NCBI GenBank assembly: GCA_039024555.1
Contig: JBCCQQ010000046.1
Coordinates: forward strand, 1 to 51,508
Source: Cyanobacteria bacterium P01_D01_bin.156
GTDB taxonomy: Bacteria > Cyanobacteriota > Cyanobacteriia > Phormidesmidales > Phormidesmidaceae
Direction of reading: 5' to 3'
DNA: 51,508 bases
Part shown: positions 39,901-49,419 of the stretch, piece after piece
Numbering within the stretch: position 1 is the first letter of the stretch
How the letters are laid out: every line of letters starts with the position of its first letter
The notes under the pieces: generated by a model
Told to the model about the DNA's origin: nothing
Seen by the model: the letters and a program-made list of their open reading frames with translations, nothing else
Databases searched by the model: none
Program-made: the position numbers and the translations under genes

Positions 39901-40798
39901 CGGCTACGTTATCGGCTTTCTGCAGGGACTTCCAACAGGTTTCGGCAGCCTCCACATCCCCTGCCTCGCCAGCGGCAAACCAGTTGTAAATAAAGCTTTT
40001 GATTTGTTCTTCCCCATTGCCGGCTAGGGAAATTTCGCGAAAGCTAGGGGACGGAGAACGATAGGCGGCTGTCCGACAGGAGATGACATAGCGATTTTTG
40101 CCATACTGTTCCACCAAAGCTTCAATGCGATCAAGCACCCTGTGGTGGCTGTGGGATGAAACCTCATCTAATCCATCAAACAGAATTAAAAACCATCCTC
40201 TTTTCAGGACATTTTCAGTAATTTTCTCGCTCTCTGGAAAATCAAATGTATCGAGTTCTCGGGTAATGTAGTTCTGAAAACTTAAGTCTGCCTCAGCAAA
40301 CTTTCTCAAATCAATCCAAATTGGTAAACAGAGATATTGATAGTTGGTTTCCTGGGCATCTCTGAGGGCATCTAACCCAATTTTTCGCATTAGGGTAGTT
40401 TTGCCGGCGCCAGGGGGACCAATTATGGATAGACACGGGGTTTCATTGGCGATATCTACAATTGTTTTTTGGGGAGCCGTTGTTGCTAGTTCAGGCTCAC
40501 GCCGGGTGCGACAAGCTTTTTCCATGTCGTCCATGGACATGGGTTGGTTCAGTTCACTGTTTTCTACTAGCTGTAGGGGAACATATACAGACTCTAGGCT
40601 GACGGGCTTACTCATGCCCAATATTTTGAGATTGCCGTGGCGTTCCCGGAATTTGTTGACGTAGGCGTGAATAGCAGTAAAGACGGCGCGTTCTGTCTGT
40701 GGCCCAGGACGTTTTTTGAGTAAGCCGAAGAAACGACCTTGCCTACTCCCCAATGCGTCAATAATAAGGTTCGCTAACGCTTGGGTATGTGGAGACAT
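36914..40798 (-). CDS. NACHT NTPase fused to a second C-terminal STAND/AAA-like ATPase
   Basis: NACHT: GPPGAGKTT, FDGLDEV, ISCR, TPLLL, FSHLTFQEF. Second module: FFGR, GLRKSGKSS, FLDNLD, SGGHPF. Confidence 0.88.
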   Translation of the reverse strand: MSPHTQALANLIIDALGSRQGRFFGLLKKRPGPQTERAVFTAIHAYVNKFRERHGNLKILGMSKPVSLESVYVPLQLVENSELNQPMSMDDMEKACRTRREPELATTAPQKTIVDIANETPCLSIIGPPGAGKTTLMRKIGLDALRDAQETNYQYLCLPIWIDLRKFAEADLSFQNYITRELDTFDFPESEKITENVLKRGWFLILFDGLDEVSSHSHHRVLDRIEALVEQYGKNRYVISCRTAAYRSPSPSFREISLAGNGEEQIKSFIYNWFAAGEAGDVEAAETCWKSLQKADNVAVRELAQTPLLLTFLCLVYSRSHTFSGNRSMLYHQGLRILLKRWFEEKRVAKDTIYEGLHIELEEKLLAEIAYEAFKADNLLLTKANLVKHIRKFLLQELNAPSNLSGENILDAIVIQQGILVEQSEGIYSFSHLTFQEFLAAKYIHENYTNHALSEIVRQYANDRRWEEVFLLIAGLKYDETNVINLLRYLNQVAQGFINTNKLSALWLWATQVTADEPTPDKLIEKRANALYRAFHYSRILTESPELKGDLEIIQTLLQPFIYNLRATSDLTLTTLLINAFYTVSRQVKTTKKLGDPVFRKRTQTDLKKAVTLAKPLASQLRKRASVRSMRYLKNHEQPATIDTDLRNNEIFANADFPSLFEQLNRLSLNIPGIRYPSHVHQKFLDDLKHVCLGILKVQEAWLTLSKAEAKACQDCLYVTLLLLKCRKEAKRISLEQWQSVQEEILSLSAGGDRPGLLAAQSFLDQVGAVAKQSDNGSFLIRDIPDQFGIKPPLWVNVTSEVISQDVVNELYESSDSIRNANPELMGIVLYKDLPTKAARERMADLRLQQSFTVVPVALDAVETALPSRDTCEKLLLKQVSQYSNTVDFFQDKKAIHDPLLFFGRTQLLDQLIVDLNNNQSVGLFGLRKSGKSSILHQLALRCRDHAIIHIDMQKYSDIGIGYGIELLDNILQSLYALGKYRNPLLEQPPLLTEAGQPIKESSYEFYRCFRRLVKSIEGAGYQLPVLCFLDNLDRVFPRSHEKFDEKAEEFNFVFGALRALSRKEQCLSLVVTAIHPQCNRIKQWRFSKTFKNPLHRFFKESFLTPFSVLETSLLINSIGSLMRWEFDQQVIQQIHQLSGGHPFLIRKLASFLVQKAINQSGYLTNRRIPFAFAQMQLRKTFRDQSLKAYVQHGIISELRQYDSQLKVHRVLNAASVLTTASNSVDGWLRARTFLAFLSSKLNLSEIQCLDAVHVLENLGIVEQKEHPNGYDCYRIRVLLLHQWFQMLRKSKSA

Positions 40799-40974
40799 GG
40801 CGAGATGATCATCCCTGGTTAATAACTCGTTAGTAATAATTCTTACATGGGGCTAGGCTACGAGTCTAGTTCAATTCACAGAGGTGATTTGTGTGACAGT
40901 CCGCTGGGGCTGAGGCGATTTCTGTTGCCGCTTAGGCACTTGTGTTTTGGGTCAAGTTGCTAATGGTAGCGTCT

Positions 40975-42666
40975 TTAATCAGTTTGTTTGATATCAACAC
41001 GTTGGGATTTGACCAACGTGTTGAGGCTACTGTCGGAGAGGGTGACGGGCAACGTGCCGTTAGGTAGGTGGATGTCCCGTTGGGGAAAGGGAATGGTAAT
41101 GCCAACTCTGCGAAAGGCGGTGGCGATCGCAAAGTTTAAATCACTCAGAATCTGTGGATACTGCTGTGGTTTACGAATCCACACCAGCAGTTCAAAGTTC
41201 ATGGCATTATCGCCAAAGCCGGTTAAAAATACTTCGGGGGCTGGGGCTGCCATCACCTGGGGATGTTCTCGCCCTACTTCTAGCAGCACACCCTTTACGG
41301 TGTCTGGGTTGCTGTCGTAGGCCACCCCCACTGGAATATGGATGCGGGATAGGGGATTACGATGACTCCAGTTGATCACATCGTGCTCTAGAAACCGCGA
41401 ATTTGGCACAATAATCGATATCTGATCCAGGGTGCGAATGTCGGTACTTCTGGGACCGATGCGGTCCACCATGCCCATCTGGCCGTTTAGCTCAATAAAG
41501 TCTCCCACTTGGATGGGACGCTCAAAGACCAGTACCAGACCGCTGCTAATGTCCTTAGCAATATTCTGCAGACCCAAACCTAGACCTACACCCAGGGCAC
41601 TGGCCAGCAGGGTGAGGGAACTTAGATCGATGCCCCACAGCTGCAAAATGGCGATAATGCCCACAAAGATAATGGCGTAGCGCAGCAAAATGGCAATGGC
41701 GGCCTGCATGCCCAAACTGAGACCGGAGGCTTGGAGTAGGCGCGATCGCAATACATTGGTGGCAATTTTGGCCACCAAGATCAGTCCCCCGAGCCAGCCC
41801 AGCAGCGCCAGAATATCTGCCACCGATAGACTGGTTTCCCCCAGGGGTAGTGCCTGCCCTACAAAGGCTGCCGTCAGACTATCTTGGGCTCGATTTGCCC
41901 AGGAGCGAGTTACCCGAAACTGCCGCACCACAAACCACAGCACCCCTAGCCATAGGGTTAAGCGCAGTACCAGCAAAAGTAACTGTGCACTAAACTGGGC
42001 CAGCGAAAATTCTGTACGGCTAAAGCCTGTAGCCCCCGGCTGGGGCGGTGCAGTGGTTACTGGCAACAGCGGCAGTACGTAGCGCTGCCATAGATACCCC
42101 GATAGGTAATGTAGACCCAAGGCACCCAATAGGACCGCTAGGGAAAGCACCACAGCCCGCAGTAGATAGTCGCTACTGCGCTCTAATCTTGCCTGGGCCA
42201 GCCAATTCTCAATCTCTTTTGCCCAGTCCTTGGCCTGTTGCTCAAGGGATTCCTCGTCTACTAGAGCATCCGGTTGGATAACCTGTAGGTCATTGGCCGT
42301 GACCGATAGGAGCTGCTGTCGTGTTGCCCGTCGCACCCCATTGTAAATAATCGGGGTGTAGCCAGAGGTGTCCACATTAATGGTCAACTGTTCACTGGAG
42401 GTGATTAGGTCCGTTAGCTCTGAATTAATGGCATTGGCCCGCTGTTTGGCTGTAAGGTCCTGGACTTCTGCCACCTCAAACAGCCGTTGACCATCCACAA
42501 CGATCCAGGCCGTATCTAATATCTGTTCTGGATTATCTAAACTATTAATCTCTTGGGCGAGGGGGGCAGGGGCAGACAGTATCAAACTGACCAGTAACCC
42601 CACTAGGAATACATGCGGTCCATATGTGTGCCGTTTTCTATGCCACCAAAATCGCATCAACGCCAT
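40975..42666 (-). CDS. Mechanosensitive channel MscS family protein
   Basis: GVGLGLGLQ, ERPIQVGD, IIVPNS, VGVAY, IPFPQRD, with an N-terminal periplasmic extension. Confidence 0.93.
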   Translation of the reverse strand: MALMRFWWHRKRHTYGPHVFLVGLLVSLILSAPAPLAQEINSLDNPEQILDTAWIVVDGQRLFEVAEVQDLTAKQRANAINSELTDLITSSEQLTINVDTSGYTPIIYNGVRRATRQQLLSVTANDLQVIQPDALVDEESLEQQAKDWAKEIENWLAQARLERSSDYLLRAVVLSLAVLLGALGLHYLSGYLWQRYVLPLLPVTTAPPQPGATGFSRTEFSLAQFSAQLLLLVLRLTLWLGVLWFVVRQFRVTRSWANRAQDSLTAAFVGQALPLGETSLSVADILALLGWLGGLILVAKIATNVLRSRLLQASGLSLGMQAAIAILLRYAIIFVGIIAILQLWGIDLSSLTLLASALGVGLGLGLQNIAKDISSGLVLVFERPIQVGDFIELNGQMGMVDRIGPRSTDIRTLDQISIIVPNSRFLEHDVINWSHRNPLSRIHIPVGVAYDSNPDTVKGVLLEVGREHPQVMAAPAPEVFLTGFGDNAMNFELLVWIRKPQQYPQILSDLNFAIATAFRRVGITIPFPQRDIHLPNGTLPVTLSDSSLNTLVKSQRVDIKQTD

Positions 42667-42755
42667 ATTCCACTCTCTGGGCCTATCCTACAGCGTTTGA
42701 CTAATCCTGTGGATTTGACGGTATAGAATGCTGCATCTAGCGATGCCGTCGCTAT

Positions 42756-43436
42756 TTAGCGACGGCATCGCTGGCAGTATCTTTGCCAATATTTTTGCCC
42801 CACTATGGGTAGCAGTGATAGCACCGTGAGCATCGTTAGGCATAGGGCTAGGGGCCACCAGTCGCCTCCATGCAGTGCATCCATGCCAGTGACGCCCAAC
42901 CAAGTGTAGGCAAGGGTGCCAGGAATAATCCCAACTAGGGTGCCAAGGGCATAGGGAGTCACCTCAATATTGGTTAGCCCAAAACCAAAATTCACCACGT
43001 TAAAGGGTGAGATGGGCGCAAACCTTACGGCCAGTACACAGGCCAGGGCCTGCTTTTCCATCGTATTGTCCAGCCGTTTGAACAAGCCTTGAAATCTGGG
43101 ATGCCCCTTAAACTGCTTTGTAAACCAGTCATAGAGCAAATAACGGGCTAGCCAGAAAGCGACAACGGCACCGGCGGTCGCCCCCAGAATTGACCACAAG
43201 GTGCCCCAAAGTAAGCCAAATACTGCTCCGCCCAAGACCACTAAAACGGTGCCCGGCACTCCCACCGATGCCGCTACAGTATGGGCTCCTATAAAAACCG
43301 CCACCCGCCAATTGCCAGCACTGTGGATCAGTTCTTTTAAGGTGTGATGATCAAATAAAACCTGACTAAACTGCCAAATTATGGGGGCCATGGTAGCCGC
43401 AGCCAACAGACCCCAAAAAAACTTTTTTCGAACCAT
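42756..43436 (-). CDS. TVP38/TMEM64 (DedA-superfamily) membrane protein
   Basis: PGT...GGAVFG, GATAGA, RFAPISPFN..N, GIIPGT. Confidence 0.9.
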   Translation of the reverse strand: MVRKKFFWGLLAAATMAPIIWQFSQVLFDHHTLKELIHSAGNWRVAVFIGAHTVAASVGVPGTVLVVLGGAVFGLLWGTLWSILGATAGAVVAFWLARYLLYDWFTKQFKGHPRFQGLFKRLDNTMEKQALACVLAVRFAPISPFNVVNFGFGLTNIEVTPYALGTLVGIIPGTLAYTWLGVTGMDALHGGDWWPLALCLTMLTVLSLLPIVGQKYWQRYCQRCRR

Positions 43437-43472
43437 TATGCTATGGGCGATCGCAAATGATAAATAAACCCC

Positions 43473-44228
43473 TTAAGACTCGGATGCCGCAGTCTGGGAT
43501 GTCTCTGGAAGAGATTCCTGCAGAGACTTACGCGCAACCTTAGTCACAATAAAGACAACGGCAAAGGTGGCCACTAGACCCACAATTAAAAAGGCCCATT
43601 CAGCGGGACTTCTCTGTTGACCAGCAGCGGCGCTGCCGACAACGCCCCCAAGGTAAACATACAGGATAGTGCCGGGCAAAATACCCACGGTACCAAGAAC
43701 ATAATCCGCTAAAGAGACATTGGTGAGTCCCAGGGCGTAGTTCAACAAGTTAAAGGGAAATGCCGGAGACAGCCGCACCAAAAAGATAATTTTGCGGCCT
43801 TCTTTTTCAATCGCATCGTAAATTGCTTTGAAAATACGGTTACCCGATACCTTATTGGCAACCCAGTCGCGGGCCAAATAGCGACCAATTAAGAAGGCCG
43901 CCGTTGCCCCCAGCATGGCCCCAATAAAGACAAAAATGGTGCCTTTGACAATGCCAAAGACGGCACCAGCCCCCAAAGTAAAGGCCGAGGCAGGAAAGAA
44001 GGACACCGTCACCACGATGTACATCAGGATAAAGACAATGGGCGCAATGGGACCTAAGCCTTCCACCCAACTTAAAGCATTTTGCAAAATGCCCTGAATG
44101 CCACCAGCGGACTCTTGGGCCATGGCAGGGGCGGCTGCCAGTAAAACCATTCCCATACAGGTAAAGGCCATAAACTTCATCGGTAGTTTTGACAGCGGGC
44201 TGCCAAGTTTGTTTCTAGAGCGTTTCAT
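43473..44228 (-). CDS. TVP38/TMEM64 (DedA-superfamily) membrane protein
   Basis: TLGAGAVFG, GATAAFLIGRY, RLSPAFPFNLLNY, GILPGT. Confidence 0.92.
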   Translation of the reverse strand: MKRSRNKLGSPLSKLPMKFMAFTCMGMVLLAAAPAMAQESAGGIQGILQNALSWVEGLGPIAPIVFILMYIVVTVSFFPASAFTLGAGAVFGIVKGTIFVFIGAMLGATAAFLIGRYLARDWVANKVSGNRIFKAIYDAIEKEGRKIIFLVRLSPAFPFNLLNYALGLTNVSLADYVLGTVGILPGTILYVYLGGVVGSAAAGQQRSPAEWAFLIVGLVATFAVVFIVTKVARKSLQESLPETSQTAASES

Positions 44229-44281
44229 TACTAAATAACTCCTAGTGATTTACTCTGACAAGAAAAATGAGGCTGGCCCAA

Positions 44282-45283
44282 CTAAACCAGAGAACCCCCA
44301 CAGCTAGACCCGCTACCAGCGGTACAGCCAAAACAGTAGGGGCGGGTTTGCACCTGTTCGATCAGATCTAGGGTGCCGCGCTCCAACAAAGATTTAACGG
44401 TGACTGGCTGACCTTGGGCATCCATGGCGGGGATACCTTCCATCTGGTTAAAGTCACAGTCGTATACCTGCCCTAAATAGTCAATCGACAGCTCACTGCG
44501 ACACATCAGATGGGCCACCGTACCAGAGTTATGGTGCTCTGACAAAAACTGCAAATAGGGATCGTGCAGTTTGCGATGCTCCAAATGAAACTTGGTACGA
44601 CCAATGGGCAGGTTGGTAATGGTAAACAGGTTATTAAACTCAATCCCAAAATGGTCTTTCAAATAAGCTTTGTAGTCCTTTTCTAGCCCTGCCTGCCCGG
44701 GGGTTAGCGAAAAGTTTTCCGATGTGGGTACCGGTGGGTTATACACCAGATCGACGATCAGATTCGGGTCACGACCATAGCCCTTTTCATTTAATAGCTG
44801 CAATGCCTGGATGGAGTCTTGGTACACTCCTTTACCACGCATTTTGTCCACATTGTCTTCCAGGTAACAGGGTAGTGAGGCCACCACCCTTAGCTGGTGT
44901 TTAGCGAAATAATCGGGCAGATCTTGGTATCCTTCTTCAAAAAAGATTGTTAGGTTAGACCGGACAATGACCTCTTTGCCCTGGGCGCGGGCCGCTTCCA
45001 CAATGGGGCGAAATCCGTAGTTCATTTCCGGTGCCCCGCCAGTCAGGTCCACCGTCCGAATCTGAGGAAAGCGGTTGATCATGTCCACCAGCTGGTCGCA
45101 CACTTCAGGAGATAATTCCTCAGTGCGGGTGGGTCCAGCTTCCACATGGCAGTGACTGCAGCTAAGGTTGCACTTACGGCCTAAATTGATTTGTAAAACG
45201 CTGATGGGCGCTTTGGTCAGTGGTTGACCCAGGGCCGCTTCAAAACTGGGCAATGTCTGTGGAGCAGGAATTGACTGGACCAT
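44282..45283 (-). CDS. arsS: Arsenosugar biosynthesis radical SAM protein ArsS (DUF3641)
   Basis: LQINLG..CNLSCSHCHVEAGP, DLTGGAPE, ASLPCY, YDCDFNQ, C-terminal CFGCTAGSGSSCGG. Confidence 0.85.
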   Translation of the reverse strand: MVQSIPAPQTLPSFEAALGQPLTKAPISVLQINLGRKCNLSCSHCHVEAGPTRTEELSPEVCDQLVDMINRFPQIRTVDLTGGAPEMNYGFRPIVEAARAQGKEVIVRSNLTIFFEEGYQDLPDYFAKHQLRVVASLPCYLEDNVDKMRGKGVYQDSIQALQLLNEKGYGRDPNLIVDLVYNPPVPTSENFSLTPGQAGLEKDYKAYLKDHFGIEFNNLFTITNLPIGRTKFHLEHRKLHDPYLQFLSEHHNSGTVAHLMCRSELSIDYLGQVYDCDFNQMEGIPAMDAQGQPVTVKSLLERGTLDLIEQVQTRPYCFGCTAGSGSSCGGSLV

Positions 45284-45476
45284 AAATCTAGATGAATGGG
45301 GTGAACGGATTGCAGCCAGGAAGCTTGACTTCCACGACTGTCATTGAACGATACCTTGCTGAATATTTCCTTAGAAGTCAGCGGTAATTATCTTAGAACT
45401 GAATATTAAAGATGATTTGACTATTTTGCTTAAGGTGGCAGCCGTTGATTATGCAGAATGGGTGTGGATCTTCCTC

Positions 45477-46451
45477 TTAACGAGACTTTAAACTCAGCAT
45501 GGAGACTCCTAGGGTGACTAACCCAATACCCAGAAGCTGCTGTTGTTGTAATGCTTCTTGCAATATCCACCAGGCGAATAGGGCCGTTAGTGCCGGTGCA
45601 CTGGCGCTGAGTAGTGCCGTTAAGGAGGCACCAATGAGGCCAATGCCAAAGTTGTTTAATACGTAGGCCATTAACGTGAGGCTGGCGGAAAATACTGTCA
45701 TGCTGAGAACGGCTGACCAGGCTGTTGGAGAAATGGTTATTCTCTGAACACTCAGCAATGTCAGGCTGCCTAATAGGGCAACGGTGACAAAGGTATATAG
45801 AGAAAAGGGAATAGGATGCAGTCCTGGGTGGGTTGATTGTGCTTTAAGGGATCGTTCTGCAACAATGCCGTACAGCCCAAAGCTAAGACCGGCTCCCAAC
45901 GCGCATACTCCCCCTAATATTGGATTTGTAGCCAGTTCAGTTGAAGGGGCTAATGTGGTGAGAACAACCCCTATAAAAATAACCACCATCAGCCATAGTT
46001 GATAGGCTTGGGGCGTTTGATCAAAAAGCTGCCATGCCAGGAGAATGGTAATAGCTGGATAGATAAAAAAGGTTGCGATCGCAATCCCAGTGGCAATCTG
46101 ACTCAGGGCCGTATACAGCAGCGTTAACCCCAAAAACAAACAAACACCGCTCGCCGTCACATAGCTCCAAAGCCTGGGAGTTTTTGGCAAGTTTCGCAAT
46201 ACCTTAAACGTATTGGGATAAACCCAGGGAACCAACAGGGTTAACAGTAAGGCCATAGTCGCCATGCGCATGGCTAGCAAAAGCACCACATTACTTAGCT
46301 GCGGAGTTACATATCCACCAAAGGGAATGCGCCCAAATAACCGACTCTCTGAAAAAAAGAGACGTAGGACAACATTTTGAAGCGACAGACCTAGGGCGCT
46401 GAGAAGGACTAAACCAATCCCTAACAGTTTGGTAGATTGGTGGGGCGTCAT
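45477..46451 (-). CDS. DMT/EamA family transporter
   Basis: About 10 TM segments in two repeats; GIA...FFIYP, IGAS. 4-nt overlap with the upstream ATPase gene. Confidence 0.85.
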   Translation of the reverse strand: MTPHQSTKLLGIGLVLLSALGLSLQNVVLRLFFSESRLFGRIPFGGYVTPQLSNVVLLLAMRMATMALLLTLLVPWVYPNTFKVLRNLPKTPRLWSYVTASGVCLFLGLTLLYTALSQIATGIAIATFFIYPAITILLAWQLFDQTPQAYQLWLMVVIFIGVVLTTLAPSTELATNPILGGVCALGAGLSFGLYGIVAERSLKAQSTHPGLHPIPFSLYTFVTVALLGSLTLLSVQRITISPTAWSAVLSMTVFSASLTLMAYVLNNFGIGLIGASLTALLSASAPALTALFAWWILQEALQQQQLLGIGLVTLGVSMLSLKSR

Positions 46452-47434
46452 GGGGTCGGTTGGAGATAATGGCAGGCCACCTGATGATAGTCGTTAACGG
46501 CTTGTAATGTCGGTGCCGTTTGCTGACATTGGTTATCCCCCTTGGGGCACCGACCATAGAGACGACAAATATAGGGGGAAGGATTAATGGGACTGCGGGG
46601 TTCTCCCGTGAGGGGAATTCGGTGAGGATTGGCCTCAAATGCAGGAATGGCGGAAATCAGTGCCTGAGTATAAGGATGGCGGGGATGGTTAAAAATCTCA
46701 TCCGTGGGACCTGTTTCCACCAGCTTGCCAAGGTACATGACCAAGATGCGATCGCACAGCAGCCTCACCACGTTTAAATCATGGGAAATAAACAGATAGC
46801 TCATATTGAGCTGCTTTCGCAGGTCCGCCAGCAAATGTAAAATCACTGCCTGCACTGACACATCCAAGGCCGATGTTGGCTCATCCAAAATCAACAGGGT
46901 GGGATTTAGGGCAATGGCCCGAGCAATCCCCACCCGGGCCTTTTGTCCCCCGGATAATTGATGGGGAAACCGCCCCAACAACTCCGGTGGTAATCCCACC
47001 TGCTGGGCCAGCTCCGTTGCCCGTTGTTTTAACCGTTGCTGATCCTGGTTTGTTCCTAACCGTTTAATCGGCTCTGTAATCGTATCAAAGGCCGTAAACC
47101 GAGGATTCAAGCTATCGCTGGGGTCTTGAAACACCATCTGCAGCTTAGCCCGCTCATGACTTTTGGAAAAATCCCCCACCGACACCTGGCCAATATCTTT
47201 TCCATTAAACACAATCGACCCAGCCGTTGGCTCCAGTAATCGAGAGATTAACCGAATCAGCGTGGATTTACCACAGCCGGACTCCCCCACCAGACCCACA
47301 CTTTCTCCGGGTGCAATGGTGAGATTCAGGCCATCCACCGCATGAAGATACTGTGCCTGTTTAGCTCCGGGCAGCCAGCGAGGGGTTTTAGAAGCAACGG
47401 GAAAGTGTTTGGTGAGGTTAGTGACTTGTAGCAT
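46448..47434 (-). CDS. Oligopeptide/dipeptide ABC transporter ATP-binding protein (DppF/OppF-like)
   Basis: GESGCGKST, LSGGQ, DEPTSALDVS, HPYT, C-terminal Cys motif. ATG at 47434. Confidence 0.92.
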   Translation of the reverse strand: MLQVTNLTKHFPVASKTPRWLPGAKQAQYLHAVDGLNLTIAPGESVGLVGESGCGKSTLIRLISRLLEPTAGSIVFNGKDIGQVSVGDFSKSHERAKLQMVFQDPSDSLNPRFTAFDTITEPIKRLGTNQDQQRLKQRATELAQQVGLPPELLGRFPHQLSGGQKARVGIARAIALNPTLLILDEPTSALDVSVQAVILHLLADLRKQLNMSYLFISHDLNVVRLLCDRILVMYLGKLVETGPTDEIFNHPRHPYTQALISAIPAFEANPHRIPLTGEPRSPINPSPYICRLYGRCPKGDNQCQQTAPTLQAVNDYHQVACHYLQPTP

Positions 47435-47720
47435 GGGAAAATAAATCGAGATATGATCGGAGGGAACTAAAACCGGTTGCTTGGGGTCCCTCCGAGTTCC
47501 CCAAACCCCCATGGCTAGGGCCGGGAGGCTGCCCTAGAACCCAGCCTACTTGGATATCCTCAATTACACTAAATTGGGGTTACGGCGGGGACGATTAATG
47601 AGAGTATCGCACTATTGTTTGTCACGACGTTGCTGGAAAATCTTTGTAGAGCATGCTTTTCTCTTCATCATCATCTACCAATAATCCCATACGCCTTCCT
47701 TCCAAATCATCACAACAAGA

Positions 47721-48737
47721 CTAACTTTCTAGCGGATGCCAGCACCCCACCCAATGATCATCCCCAATCTGTTGATAGGCCAGATCTTCTTTCTGACAAG
47801 TCTCACTAGCCCGGTCGCAGCGGCTAATAAACCGGCAGGGCGGCAAATCTTTCCGCCGTAGGTCCGGTAGGCTGCCTAAAATTGGAATCAGATCGTCAAA
47901 TCCCTTGTGGGGTTCAGGCGTCGCTGCAATGAGCTTGGCCGTGTAGGGATGGCGCGGCTTGCGAAATAGGGGATGGGTGGGAGCACTTTCCACCACATGG
48001 CCCGCATGCATAACAATAATGCGATCGCAATATTCCGACGCTAATGCCAAATCGTGGGTAATCACTACCGTGGCCATCTGTTGTTCTGTCGCCAGGTCCT
48101 TCAGTAAATTCATAACCGTGGCTTGGGTCGTCACATCCAGCCCGGTCGTAGGCTCATCAGCAATCAACAACTTAGGCGAACAGGCTAAGGCTAAAGCAAT
48201 CATAATCCGCTGACACAGCCCCCCTGATAGCTCATAGGGGTAGGCATCGTAGCGCTGCTGCGGGTCTGGAATTTTTACACTAGCCAAAAGTTCTAAGGCC
48301 CGTGCTTTTAGCTGAGTTCCAGACAGCTCCGAATGACAGCGCAGCACATCCACCAGCTGTTTACCCACCTTCCGAATCGGATTTAACGCCACCCGAGGAT
48401 TCTGAAAAATCATCGACAGCTCCTTTCCCCGCAGCTGTCGCAGCTTTTTCTCAGGCATCTTTAGGAGACTATAGGTTTCCCTATCCTGGGTCCAGAGAAC
48501 ATCGCCGTTGGTAACATGACCCGCACGATCCAGAATACCTAAAATAGCTAAGGCAAGAACAGATTTACCTGAACCACTCTCACCAACGATGCCTAGAGTT
48601 TCCCCTTTGCTGATGTGAAAACTAATCTTTTCCAACGCCTTAACAACGCCAGTACGAGTACGAAACTCCACCGACAGATCCCGCACCGAGAGTAGGGAAG
48701 TTCGAACTGTTTGAGATGTGGTGAGTGAAGAGATCAT
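47721..48737 (-). CDS. Oligopeptide/dipeptide ABC transporter ATP-binding protein (DppD/OppD-like)
   Basis: GESGSGKS, YPYELSGG, ADEPTTGLDVTTQ, HPYT. Confidence 0.92.
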   Translation of the reverse strand: MISSLTTSQTVRTSLLSVRDLSVEFRTRTGVVKALEKISFHISKGETLGIVGESGSGKSVLALAILGILDRAGHVTNGDVLWTQDRETYSLLKMPEKKLRQLRGKELSMIFQNPRVALNPIRKVGKQLVDVLRCHSELSGTQLKARALELLASVKIPDPQQRYDAYPYELSGGLCQRIMIALALACSPKLLIADEPTTGLDVTTQATVMNLLKDLATEQQMATVVITHDLALASEYCDRIIVMHAGHVVESAPTHPLFRKPRHPYTAKLIAATPEPHKGFDDLIPILGSLPDLRRKDLPPCRFISRCDRASETCQKEDLAYQQIGDDHWVGCWHPLES

Positions 48738-48973
48738 AGATCACGAGGTCAGTTCAATTATTTATAAGATACGAACAAATTGTTTAACGTCTTAGCTTTT
48801 GCTCCCAAACCCCTAATCCTAGGGGCTTTGAGTTAGTCTTATTTAGAATTGGATACTTCAGTGTCTGATACCTAATTTCAACCATCTACTTAATCCTTAT
48901 ATGTCTAATTTTCTCACAAGTATTTTCTTTTTACAGAAAGGCGACAATTGCCCTTTTACGGTGTGGAGCATAA

Positions 48974-49171
48974 GGCGATTGCACAAAAATAAAGTTCCAA
49001 GCAGGATTTTATTAAGCAACGTCCTCCCCTTAACAAGGGGAGGTGCCCTAGGCGGAGGAGTCTTCGGTCATTTGCGCTAGTTTTCCAGACCCCTCCCTGA
49101 CGGTTCCCCTTGCCAAGGGGAACCAGGTATCGCCAAGCCTTATTAAGGTGTCTTATTTTCACGCACTTCCC
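48974..49171. mobile_element. 198-bp MITE, family B copy 2
   Basis: About 96% identical to 4221..4418, with a TAA target duplication. Confidence 0.88.
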
Positions 49172-49419
49172 TAATGGGTCTCAGCGTAATCACACAACCA
49201 GCTAACCCTTCTCTATCGCTAATAACGTCTGTCTAATATATTTTCGGGGAAACCCCAATTTGCCTAAATGGGACAACATGGTTATTTCCGAAAGGGGAGT
49301 TAGGCCCCCACAAACAGGAGGGTAAGCCCCAATATGCCTATCAGGGATAGCTTTGATGATTTCTAACAAGGGAGGAAAGCCCTGAGCAACCCCTATTATC
49401 ACCAACCGATCACCCCAAA

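Noticed and set aside
44282..45283. Radical SAM enzyme as RiPP maturase for the GG peptides
   Set aside because: It has ArsS/DUF3641 signatures, no RRE or SPASM domain, and lies more than 13 kb away.
49202..49405. 67-aa ORF between the dppC-like gene and the MITE
   Set aside because: No recognisable motif or convincing RBS, so it cannot be supported as a gene.
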